A DNA stretch of 53,800 nucleotides from Ilumatobacteraceae bacterium (GTDB taxonomy: Bacteria; Actinomycetota; Acidimicrobiia; Acidimicrobiales; Ilumatobacteraceae), in the NCBI GenBank assembly GCA_044353425.1, contig JBILBZ010000001.1:1-53800 (forward strand), given 5' to 3'. A program made the position numbers and the translations under genes. Positions 9,925 to 17,936 of this stretch are shown here, in pieces (position 1 is the stretch's first letter; every line of letters begins with the position of its first letter). The notes below the pieces were generated by a model. That model worked only from the letters and a program-made list of their open reading frames with translations. It ran no database searches and was not told the DNA's origin.

Positions 9925-10407
9925 ATGCCATCTCCGCGTCGCTTGGCGCTTGTTGCAGCACTCATTGTTCTCATTGACCAATTGTCAAAGTCATGGGCAA
10001 TTAATGCATTAGATGATGGACGCACCATTGATGTGGTGTGGACGCTTCGGTTCGCATTGGGCTTCAACAGCGGTATTGCATTCTCGCAAGCGCAGGACCT
10101 TGGACCTGTGGTGGGACTCGTTGCTCTGGTTGCGGTGTCGTTACTGGTGGGTGCTGCATTGCGTGCGGAAACGGTTCTCGCTGCTTACGGCTTAACGTTG
10201 ATTGTCGGTGGCGCTATAGGAAATCTTTCTGACCGCATCTTCCGAGGTGATGGTTGGTTACATGGCCATGTTGTGGACTTTATTGACTTCCAATGGTTTG
10301 CCGTTTTCAATATTGCTGATTCGGCTATCACGGTTGGTGCCGGTGTATTGATTATTGGATTGTTTATTGAATACAGGGAATCAAAACGTCTCGAGAGGCA
10401 CATATGA
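9925..10407 (+). CDS. lspA: Lipoprotein signal peptidase (signal peptidase II)
   Basis: Motifs IDQLSKSWA, FNSGIAFS and VDFIDFQWFAVFNIADSAITVG. ATG 9925 avoids the overlap with the upstream gene that the track start (9883) would create. Confidence 0.9.
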   Translation: MPSPRRLALVAALIVLIDQLSKSWAINALDDGRTIDVVWTLRFALGFNSGIAFSQAQDLGPVVGLVALVAVSLLVGAALRAETVLAAYGLTLIVGGAIGNLSDRIFRGDGWLHGHVVDFIDFQWFAVFNIADSAITVGAGVLIIGLFIEYRESKRLERHI

Positions 10408-11336
10408 AAGTTGAAGAGACAGTTCCGGCTGCATTGGACGGCGAACGAATTGACCGTGTGGTTTCGTTGATTGCTGATATCTCCCGATCGGATGCAACCA
10501 AACTCATCGCTGATGGCGGTACGGAGATTGACGGTTCAGTCGTGACGTCAGGAAAGTCGCGTCTGAAGGAAGGTCAAACTGTTGTTGTTGATCTTGACAA
10601 GATTCCTGTACCGGTCCTGCCTGGTCCTGATGCCTCTGTAGTACTTGATGTTGTGTACGTCGATGAAGACATCATCGTGATCAATAAGGCTGCTGGGGTT
10701 GTTGTTCATCCGGCATCAGGTCATGGCAATGGCACGCTGGTCAATGGGATCCTTGCCCTGTACCCAGAAGTTGCGACTGTTGGTCAACCGGGTCGACCTG
10801 GCATCGTGCACCGTCTCGACTCCGGGACGACGGGAATGATGGTTGTAGCTCGCACGCAACGTGCGTATGACTCTCTTGTAGCCGCGTTGCAGGAACATGA
10901 AGTGGGTCGTGAGTACTTGGCGTTGGCATGGGGTCACTTTGATTCGCCGACTGCAACAGTTGATGCTGCCATTGGCCGTCACCCGCGAGACCCGATGAAG
11001 ATGGCTGTAGTGAACAGTGGAAAATGGGCGCGGACACATCTTGAGGTACAAGAAACGTTTAATGATCCCGTTGATGTAACTCTGGTGCAGTGCACCTTGG
11101 AGACAGGACGTACACATCAGATCCGTGTTCATCTTGGTGCCGTAGGACATCCTGTTGTCGGCGACTCGATGTATGGCGGTGCACGGTCTGCTCTCGTTGC
11201 GCCACGTCCGATGTTGCATGCGCGACGGTTGACGTTGATTCACCCAGGCAGTGGTGAGGAAATGACCTTTGAGGCACAGCTCCCTGCTGATATGGCAGCA
11301 ATCATCGCCAAGTGTTCGGTGCGAACTTTCGATTAA
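10404..11336 (+). CDS. rluD: RluA-family 23S rRNA pseudouridine synthase (RluD-like) with an S4 domain
   Basis: S4-like N-terminus (GERIDRVVSLIADISRSDATKLI), catalytic motif VHRLDSGTTGMMVVAR and C-terminal TGRTHQIRVHL. There is a 4-nt overlap with lspA. Confidence 0.9.
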   Translation: MKVEETVPAALDGERIDRVVSLIADISRSDATKLIADGGTEIDGSVVTSGKSRLKEGQTVVVDLDKIPVPVLPGPDASVVLDVVYVDEDIIVINKAAGVVVHPASGHGNGTLVNGILALYPEVATVGQPGRPGIVHRLDSGTTGMMVVARTQRAYDSLVAALQEHEVGREYLALAWGHFDSPTATVDAAIGRHPRDPMKMAVVNSGKWARTHLEVQETFNDPVDVTLVQCTLETGRTHQIRVHLGAVGHPVVGDSMYGGARSALVAPRPMLHARRLTLIHPGSGEEMTFEAQLPADMAAIIAKCSVRTFD

Positions 11337-11352
11337 TGGTGCCGCGGCACAA

Positions 11353-11811
11353 TTAATGATGGTGGTGTGGGTCTGCCTTTGGCCACGGTCCAGTGCCAGC
11401 AGCTGCCGCCGAGATTGATTCAAGCGTGTAGGCGTCGAGGTGCTCGCGCATGTGCTGACCTGCAACATCCCAGATGGCGAGAAGAACACACTGACCTTCG
11501 TGGTCACATGATCCGTCTTGATGAGGTTGGCCAAAGTCGCCCAAGGTGATGGGGCCATCAACGGCAGAAATAATCTCAGAGAGGCGAATATCGGCTGGTG
11601 CCTTTGCGAGCACGTATCCGCCGCCTACGCCTCGTTTGGAACGCACAAGGCCGGCGCCTTTGAGGGCCAGAAGAATTTGTTCGAGGTAGGGCTGGGGGAG
11701 TCCCGTACGGTCTGCAATGTCACGTACTGAAGTAGGCGTGCCTGTTTCAGTGTGTAACGCCAGAGACAAAAGTGCCCTGCACGCATAATCACCTCGTGTA
11801 GAAACTCGCAC
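11353..11811 (-). CDS. Rrf2 family transcriptional regulator
   Basis: N-terminal MRVSTRGDYACRALLSLA and wHTH (SVRDIADRTGLPQPYLEQILLALKGAGLVRSKRGVGGGYVLA). It has a Cys-x5-Cys (SCDHEGQC) and a native C-terminal HHHH. GTG start. Confidence 0.85.
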   Translation of the reverse strand: MRVSTRGDYACRALLSLALHTETGTPTSVRDIADRTGLPQPYLEQILLALKGAGLVRSKRGVGGGYVLAKAPADIRLSEIISAVDGPITLGDFGQPHQDGSCDHEGQCVLLAIWDVAGQHMREHLDAYTLESISAAAAGTGPWPKADPHHHH

Positions 11812-11840
11812 AGTGCCATCGTAGGTGCTGAACTAGTGGG

Positions 11841-12947
11841 GTGAGCACTCCATCCCCCGTCCTGCCCCGATATTCGGCCGGATGCCTGTCCGACATCATT
11901 CCTGTGCTCTGCGCGCCCGGAGGGCCTCGCACGGTGCCCTCATGGATGCCTGGAGTGGTTCAGGGTGCTCCACGCATCGTGGTCTTGCTTCTTGACGGTC
12001 TGGGCTGGAATCAACTGCAGACCTATGCAGAGCACATGCCCACTTTGGCATCAATGTCCGGGGGCCACATCACGACGGTGGCACCTTCGACGACGGCGAC
12101 CGCTCTCACGTCTCTGGTGACAGGGCTCTCACCAGGAGAACATGGCCTGATCGGGTACCGCGTCGACATGGGTGACACAGTCATGAATGTCTTGCGATGG
12201 GGGGATGAAAACGGGGACCTACGACGTCGATACCCTCCGCAACAGACGCAACCTTGTCCACCATTCTTGGGTTCCAGCGTCCCCGTGCTGAGTAAAGCTG
12301 AGCTCGAGGGCAGTGGTTTCACTATGGCTCATCTCGATGGGGTCAAACACATGGGGTGGCGTGCGTCCAGCAGCATCCCTGTGATCGTTCGTGATGCTTT
12401 AGCTGCTGGTGAGGATTTTGTCTATGCGTACTACGACGGCATCGACAAGATTGCACATGAGCGTGGATTTACTGATCACTACACAGCCGAGTTGCGTGCT
12501 GCCGACAATTTGGTTGCGAATGTGCTGTCAGTGCTTCCGCCCGACACTGTTCTGATAGTGACAGCTGATCACGGACAAGTACATGTAGGCGACAACACGA
12601 TTGTTCCGATGGCATCGGTGACAGAACATGTCCACCACCAATCGGGTGAGGGTCGATTCCGATGGTTGCATGCTCGCCGTGGACGAGAAGGCGCCCTTTT
12701 GGACGCAGCCCGTCAATATGACGACGTGGCGTGGGTTGTCACCAAGCAACAAGTGCTGGAAGAGAACTGGTTTGGTCCGCGGGTGAGTGATGCGGTGATC
12801 CGGCGAATGGGAGACGTGGCGCTTGCTGCGCATGCGCCTGTGAGTTTTGAGGAGCCGTTGGACGGCGGGGCATTTGACTTAGTGTGTCGTCATGGTTCGC
12901 TGACTGCCGATGAGATGCTGGTGCCGTTGCTGGCTCTGAAGGCCTGA
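11841..12947 (+). CDS. Alkaline-phosphatase superfamily protein (type I phosphodiesterase/nucleotide pyrophosphatase-like)
   Basis: Motifs VVLLLDGLGWNQL, APSTTATALTSLVTGLSPGEHG, YYDGIDKIAHERG and LIVTADHGQV. Confidence 0.7.
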   Translation: MSTPSPVLPRYSAGCLSDIIPVLCAPGGPRTVPSWMPGVVQGAPRIVVLLLDGLGWNQLQTYAEHMPTLASMSGGHITTVAPSTTATALTSLVTGLSPGEHGLIGYRVDMGDTVMNVLRWGDENGDLRRRYPPQQTQPCPPFLGSSVPVLSKAELEGSGFTMAHLDGVKHMGWRASSSIPVIVRDALAAGEDFVYAYYDGIDKIAHERGFTDHYTAELRAADNLVANVLSVLPPDTVLIVTADHGQVHVGDNTIVPMASVTEHVHHQSGEGRFRWLHARRGREGALLDAARQYDDVAWVVTKQQVLEENWFGPRVSDAVIRRMGDVALAAHAPVSFEEPLDGGAFDLVCRHGSLTADEMLVPLLALKA

Positions 12948-12974
12948 CCCACCTGACTGCTACCTTGGTGAAGC

Positions 12975-13005
12975 CCACCACAGGCGTGCCCTCGTCTGCT
13001 GGTGG
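12975..13005 (+). terminator. Weak hairpin downstream of the AlkP-family gene (CCACCACAG / CTG-C-TGGTGG, 12-nt loop), with no U-tract
   Basis: Base pairing was read directly from the sequence. The lack of a T-run makes an intrinsic-terminator function uncertain. Confidence 0.2.
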
Positions 13006-13036
13006 ATTCAGTCAAGTAGCGGATGTGTAAAGGAGT

Positions 13037-16000
13037 GTGGGCGTGTCGTCATCGTTTACACACCTCCATGTTCATACCGAATTTTCCATGTTGGACGGCG
13101 CAGCGCGGCTCGATGAACTGGTGTCAAAGGCGGTACAAGACGGCCAGCCCGCATTGGGAATCACTGACCACGGCAACATGTATGGCGTCATTGACTTCTA
13201 CAAAGAGTGCAAGAAGCAAGGCATCAAGCCCATCATTGGCACCGAGGCCTACATGGCGTTTGATCACCGCACAGAACGCATTGCGCGTCGCGGCAAAATG
13301 GACGACAACGGCGGTGCAGACGAGCGCGGTCAAAAGCAGTACTACCACCTGACTCTTTTGGCAGAAACCAATGAGGGTTATCGCAACCTCATCAAGCTGT
13401 CCAGCCTTGCGTTCCTCGAGGGTTACCACTACAAACCACGTATTGACTGGGAGTTGTTAGAACGCCACTCCAAGGGTCTGATTGCTACGACGGGTTGCCT
13501 CGGCGGCCATGTGTTGCAGTCGCTACTGAATGGCGATGAGAAGGGTGCCATTGCTAAAGCTGGTCGCCTGCAAGACATCTTCGGAAAAGACAATTTGTTT
13601 GTCGAAGTGCAAGATCACGGCATTGCTGACCAGCTGCGCACGAACCCCAAGTTGATTGAGATCGCAAACAAGATCGGCGCACCGTTGCTTGCGACTAACG
13701 ACTCGCACTATGTCAACCAAGCCGACCACGAAGCGCACGACGCATTGCTCTGTGTACAAACCGGTGCACTCATGCGCGACCAAGACCGTTTCCGGTTCGA
13801 AGGAAACGAGCACTATCTCAAGTCTTCTGAAGAGATGCGGTATCTCTGGCGCGAGCAGCCCACGAGTTGTGACAATACGCTGTGGATTGCGGAACGCTCC
13901 AATGTTGAAATTGAATTGGGAACGTACCATCTTCCCGTTTTCCCAATTCCAAAAGAGTTTTCCAATGACGAGAAGTATCTAGAGCATCTCGCGTGGGAAG
14001 GCGCAAAAATGCGTTGGGGTCAGGAACTTCCAGCCGAAGTTGTTGAGCGTGTCGCCTTTGAACTTGGTGTCATCAAGCAGATGGGCTTTAGTTCTTACTT
14101 CCTCATTGTGTGGGATCTCATCAAGCATGCAAAAGATGAAGGCATCCGTGTCGGTCCTGGTCGTGGTTCCGCTGCCGGATGTGCGGTGGCTTATTGCCTC
14201 CGCATTACGGAACTAGACCCATTGAAATACGACCTTCTGTTCGAACGTTTCCTCAACCCATCGCGTGTGAGCATGCCTGACATCGATATGGACTTTGACT
14301 CCCGCTACCGAGATCACATGATTCGGTACGCAGCAGAAAAGTACGGGCGCGACCACGTGGCCCAAATCATTACGTTCGCCACCATCAAGTCACGCAACGC
14401 CGTACGCGACGCTGCCCGTGTGCTGGGCCATGAATATGCGGTCGGAGACCGTATTGCAAAGTTGATGCCACCGCTGAACCAAGGCCGCGATACTCCACTG
14501 GCGGCATGTCTTGAATTCAACGACAAGTTTGCAGACGGATTTCGCGATGCGCAGGGCTTGCGAGATCTCATCGCTGTTGACGAAGTAGCGGCCAAAGTTG
14601 TTGACGTGGCGCGAGGTCTTGAAGGGCTGAAGCGCTCCGACGGTATTCATGCTGCTGCTGTGGTGATTACGCCTAAGGAACTCACGGAGTACCTGCCAAT
14701 CCAGCGCAAGCCAGTGGGAGACCTGAAGGCCGACGAAGCGCCCATCGTGACGCAGTATGAAATGCACGCAGTGGAAGAACTTGGGCTCCTCAAGATGGAC
14801 TTCTTGGGCTTGCGAAACCTGGACGTCATTACTGATGCTGTCGAAATGATTCGCCGGCAACGCGACCCTGATTTCGACATCGACAATGTGCCGCTTGACG
14901 ACAAGTTGACATTCGAATTGTTGGGCAGGGGAGACACCATTGGCATCTTCCAATTGGAGTCTCCTCCAATGCGTGCATTGTTGAAGTCCATGAAGCCCAC
15001 ATCATTTGAAGATGTGAGTGCTGTTCTTGCGTTGTATCGACCTGGTCCGATGAGCGTCAATATGCATTACGACTACGCGGACTACAAGAACAACCGCAAA
15101 GTTCCTGAGTACTTCCACCCCGAGGCAAAAGAACTGCTGCACGACACCTACGGACTCATGGTGTACCAAGAGAGCATGATGCGTGTGGCGCAGAAATTCG
15201 CCGGCTACGACCTTGCTCAAGCCGACAACTTGCGTAAAGCCTGCGGTAAAAAAGACCACATTGCAATGGCCAAAGAAGAAGGTGCTTTTGTCGAGGGTTG
15301 TGAGAAGACTGGATACGGTCGCGAGCTTGGTGAAACCCTCTTCGGCGTGATTCGTAAGTTTGCTGACTACGCATTTAACAAGAGCCATACGTTTGGGTAC
15401 GGACTCATCTCGTATCAAACCGCGTACCTCAAGGCGCATTTTCCGGTCGAGTATTCAGCGTCACTTCTGTCGTCAGTAAAGGGCAACTATGAAAAGGCGG
15501 CTGTACATCTTGCAGATTGTCGTTCCATGGGCATCACAGTTTCAAACCCTGACGTCAACGCAGGCCGAGCAGACTTTGAAGCCATCTGTACAGAGAACGA
15601 AAAGCGCATCATTTTTGCCTTGTCGGCGGTGCGCAATGTGGGTGAAGGTCTCGTTGCACAAATTGTGGAAGAACGCGACGCCAATGGCCCATATGAATCG
15701 TTTCATGATTTCGCAAAACGGGCGCCAGAGCAGGCACTAAATAAGCGTGCAGTTGAGTCTCTTATCAAGGCCGGTGGCTTCGACTCATTGGGGCACCCTC
15801 GTCGCGGCTTACTCATGGTGTTTGAATCAATCATCGACAATGCAGTGTCGAAACGTCGCGAAGAAGAAAAGGGCGTGATGTCCCTTTTTGGGGAACTAGA
15901 AGAGTCCAGTGATAGTGGATGGTCATCCGAAATTGCTATTCCCGAATTGCAATTCGCCAAGCCTGATCAACTGCGTCATGAAAAAGACATGCTGGGGCTG

Positions 16001-16570
16001 TACATCTCGGATCACCCGTTGCATGGTGTTGAGAATGCATTGCGTCGCATGACAACAAGTTCGATTCGCGACCTTGAGACTCGCGAAGCGGGCAATGTCA
16101 CCATTGGTGGAGTAATGACATCACTCAATCGACGCTTCACAAAACGCGGCGATCAAATGGCAACATTTGTGCTTGAAGACTTGGACGCAGCGATTGAAGT
16201 AACGGTCTTCTCGAAAGTTCTTGGCGAGTTTGGACATCTGTTGTCAGATGACCAAGTCATCACAGTCTCGGGTCGTTTAAACCGACGCGAAGATGCTCCC
16301 GCGAGTTTCTCGGCCCAGCGCATCGTCGTGCCCGAGAATCTTCACGTACGAATTTCAGAGGTTCTGATCTCTTTGCCATCCGGATTCAACAGCACAAAAC
16401 TTGATGCACTCAAGGCAATCATCGCTGAGTTCCCCGGTGATTCGCCCGTGCGATTGCAGCTAGCTGGCGGCAAGGTTTTTGACCTTGGGTCTGGTCATTT
16501 GGTGGATATTGAGAAGGCTGTTGCCCCGCTTCGACTCACTTTTGGGTCAAATGCGGTGAAAATCATCTGA
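13037..16570 (+). CDS. dnaE: DNA polymerase III alpha subunit
   Basis: PHP domain start FTHLHVHTEFSMLDGA, polymerase core (PDIDMDF, GLLKMDFLGLRNL) and OB-fold C-terminus. Length is 1177 aa. AGGAG at 13031-13035 favours the in-frame GTG at 13043 as the true start. Confidence 0.97.
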   Translation: MGVSSSFTHLHVHTEFSMLDGAARLDELVSKAVQDGQPALGITDHGNMYGVIDFYKECKKQGIKPIIGTEAYMAFDHRTERIARRGKMDDNGGADERGQKQYYHLTLLAETNEGYRNLIKLSSLAFLEGYHYKPRIDWELLERHSKGLIATTGCLGGHVLQSLLNGDEKGAIAKAGRLQDIFGKDNLFVEVQDHGIADQLRTNPKLIEIANKIGAPLLATNDSHYVNQADHEAHDALLCVQTGALMRDQDRFRFEGNEHYLKSSEEMRYLWREQPTSCDNTLWIAERSNVEIELGTYHLPVFPIPKEFSNDEKYLEHLAWEGAKMRWGQELPAEVVERVAFELGVIKQMGFSSYFLIVWDLIKHAKDEGIRVGPGRGSAAGCAVAYCLRITELDPLKYDLLFERFLNPSRVSMPDIDMDFDSRYRDHMIRYAAEKYGRDHVAQIITFATIKSRNAVRDAARVLGHEYAVGDRIAKLMPPLNQGRDTPLAACLEFNDKFADGFRDAQGLRDLIAVDEVAAKVVDVARGLEGLKRSDGIHAAAVVITPKELTEYLPIQRKPVGDLKADEAPIVTQYEMHAVEELGLLKMDFLGLRNLDVITDAVEMIRRQRDPDFDIDNVPLDDKLTFELLGRGDTIGIFQLESPPMRALLKSMKPTSFEDVSAVLALYRPGPMSVNMHYDYADYKNNRKVPEYFHPEAKELLHDTYGLMVYQESMMRVAQKFAGYDLAQADNLRKACGKKDHIAMAKEEGAFVEGCEKTGYGRELGETLFGVIRKFADYAFNKSHTFGYGLISYQTAYLKAHFPVEYSASLLSSVKGNYEKAAVHLADCRSMGITVSNPDVNAGRADFEAICTENEKRIIFALSAVRNVGEGLVAQIVEERDANGPYESFHDFAKRAPEQALNKRAVESLIKAGGFDSLGHPRRGLLMVFESIIDNAVSKRREEEKGVMSLFGELEESSDSGWSSEIAIPELQFAKPDQLRHEKDMLGLYISDHPLHGVENALRRMTTSSIRDLETREAGNVTIGGVMTSLNRRFTKRGDQMATFVLEDLDAAIEVTVFSKVLGEFGHLLSDDQVITVSGRLNRREDAPASFSAQRIVVPENLHVRISEVLISLPSGFNSTKLDALKAIIAEFPGDSPVRLQLAGGKVFDLGSGHLVDIEKAVAPLRLTFGSNAVKII

Positions 16571-16600
16571 TAATTCGGCTCCGTTTCAGGGTTCCGACAT

Positions 16601-17332
16601 TTGGAATGGCAGACTAGAGGGGTTGTTGTCGGCGGTCTCGCCGCGAAAAGCCTTAGGGAGTCGCTCAGTTCTATGTCGTTGGAAGTCACCACACAGGACA
16701 GCAGTGCCCTTACAGAGGCTCAGCTCGAAGAGATGCTGACCATTGAGGGTTCGTTTGGCCTTGAGTTGTTTCAGAAGGCACAACAGGATTGGGTGCTCTG
16801 CACACTTGCTCGCCTCGATGGAAAATTGCACGGTGTGACCTTCTCAACTCTCGAGCGTATTGGTGGAACACCATGTGTCTTGCTTGGTCTGATGACTATT
16901 AAGCGCACTGCAAAGCGTGATTCGATTCTGAAGGGCCTGATGGGTGAGGCGTATCACCGAGCCTTGATGGCATTTCCTGACGAAGATGTTGTGGTCGGTA
17001 GTCGCTTCCCATCGGCAGATGGCATGGAAGCGTTCAAGTCGCTCACCGACATCATTCCCCGTTTTGAGCATCGCGCAGATGGCGAAGCTCGTGCATGGGG
17101 CAAGCGTCTGGCTCGTCGCTTCAAAGTTGATGCAACATATGACGAGAAAACTTTCACTGTCGCGTCAGGCGGACAAAGTGGCTTTCTTGATCACGTGTCA
17201 TTGAAGCCAGAGAAAATCTCTGATGAAATCACAACACTCTTCAAGGGCGTCAATGCCAAGAAGGGTGGAGTGTTGATCGTTCATGGCTGGACGATGGCAG
17301 AGAGCCTCGTCAAGCTCGGCGCTCGCTCGTAA
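16601..17332 (+). CDS. Hypothetical protein (no family recognised; the start may be ATG 16673)
   Basis: A long ORF on the dominant coding strand with ordinary composition. I could not recognise any diagnostic motif. Confidence 0.5.
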   Translation: MEWQTRGVVVGGLAAKSLRESLSSMSLEVTTQDSSALTEAQLEEMLTIEGSFGLELFQKAQQDWVLCTLARLDGKLHGVTFSTLERIGGTPCVLLGLMTIKRTAKRDSILKGLMGEAYHRALMAFPDEDVVVGSRFPSADGMEAFKSLTDIIPRFEHRADGEARAWGKRLARRFKVDATYDEKTFTVASGGQSGFLDHVSLKPEKISDEITTLFKGVNAKKGGVLIVHGWTMAESLVKLGARS

Positions 17333-17936
17333 CGCTGTGCACTTCGCCGACGTCGTTCGTTCGCGTCGGATGACTCGTTCCTTCCGTTCGGACCTTGTTG
17401 ATCCTGCTGTCCTTGAGTCGTGCATTGATCTCGGACTTCGTGCCCCAAGTGCGGGGAAGTCGCAGGGATGGCATGTCTTGTTACTGCAAGGCGACGAAAC
17501 ATCTCGATACTGGGACAATGCATTGCCGAAGAGCAAGCGCGAGAGTTTTGCATTCCCACATCTGTTGTCAGCGCCAGCGATTGCACTCATGCTTGCCGAC
17601 ACATCGGCGTATTTGCAGCGCTATTCCGAGGCAGATAAATCACACACCGGACTCGGCGATTCTGTTGATGCATGGGTGGCGCCCTATTGGACAATCGACG
17701 CGTCATTCTCGACGATGACGTTTCTTTTGGCGTTAGAAGACAACGGCCTGGGAGCTTTGTTCTTTGCTCATGCGAATGAGGAGAGACTCCGCGAAGAATT
17801 TCAACTACCAGACGAGGTACAGATTCTCGGAACAGTGGCTCTCGGGTACGCAACGGAACAAGAAGAACGACGTGGCCGTAGTGCATCTCGACTTCGCAAA
17901 ACAGTTGACGAAGTTATTCACCGTTCTCAGTGGTGA
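17283..17936 (+). CDS. Nitroreductase family protein
   Basis: Motifs RRMTRSFRSD...VLESCIDLGLRAPSAGKSQGWHVLLL and C-terminal ILGTVALGY. The in-frame GTG at 17337 would remove the 50-nt overlap with the upstream ORF. Confidence 0.75.
   Translation: MAGRWQRASSSSALARNAVHFADVVRSRRMTRSFRSDLVDPAVLESCIDLGLRAPSAGKSQGWHVLLLQGDETSRYWDNALPKSKRESFAFPHLLSAPAIALMLADTSAYLQRYSEADKSHTGLGDSVDAWVAPYWTIDASFSTMTFLLALEDNGLGALFFAHANEERLREEFQLPDEVQILGTVALGYATEQEERRGRSASRLRKTVDEVIHRSQW

Noticed and set aside
10716-11561. A 281-aa minus-strand ORF antisense to rluD. Similar long antisense ORFs lie at 34488-35201, 38520-39326, 28863-29603, 30862-31458 and 48231-48830.
   Set aside because: Each lies opposite a gene with unambiguous family motifs. 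Their translations are low-complexity (Ser/Arg/Cys/His-rich) and have no recognisable domains or ribosome-binding sites. They are typical shadow ORFs.
16571-16672. tRNA-like or small-RNA impression in the spacer after dnaE (GGTTCCGA resembles a T-arm; there is a CGGCG-GTCT-CGCCG hairpin).
   Set aside because: No acceptor, D or anticodon arms can be drawn. The hairpin has only 5 bp and no U-tract. The region may simply be the 5' part of the next ORF if that ORF starts at 16601.
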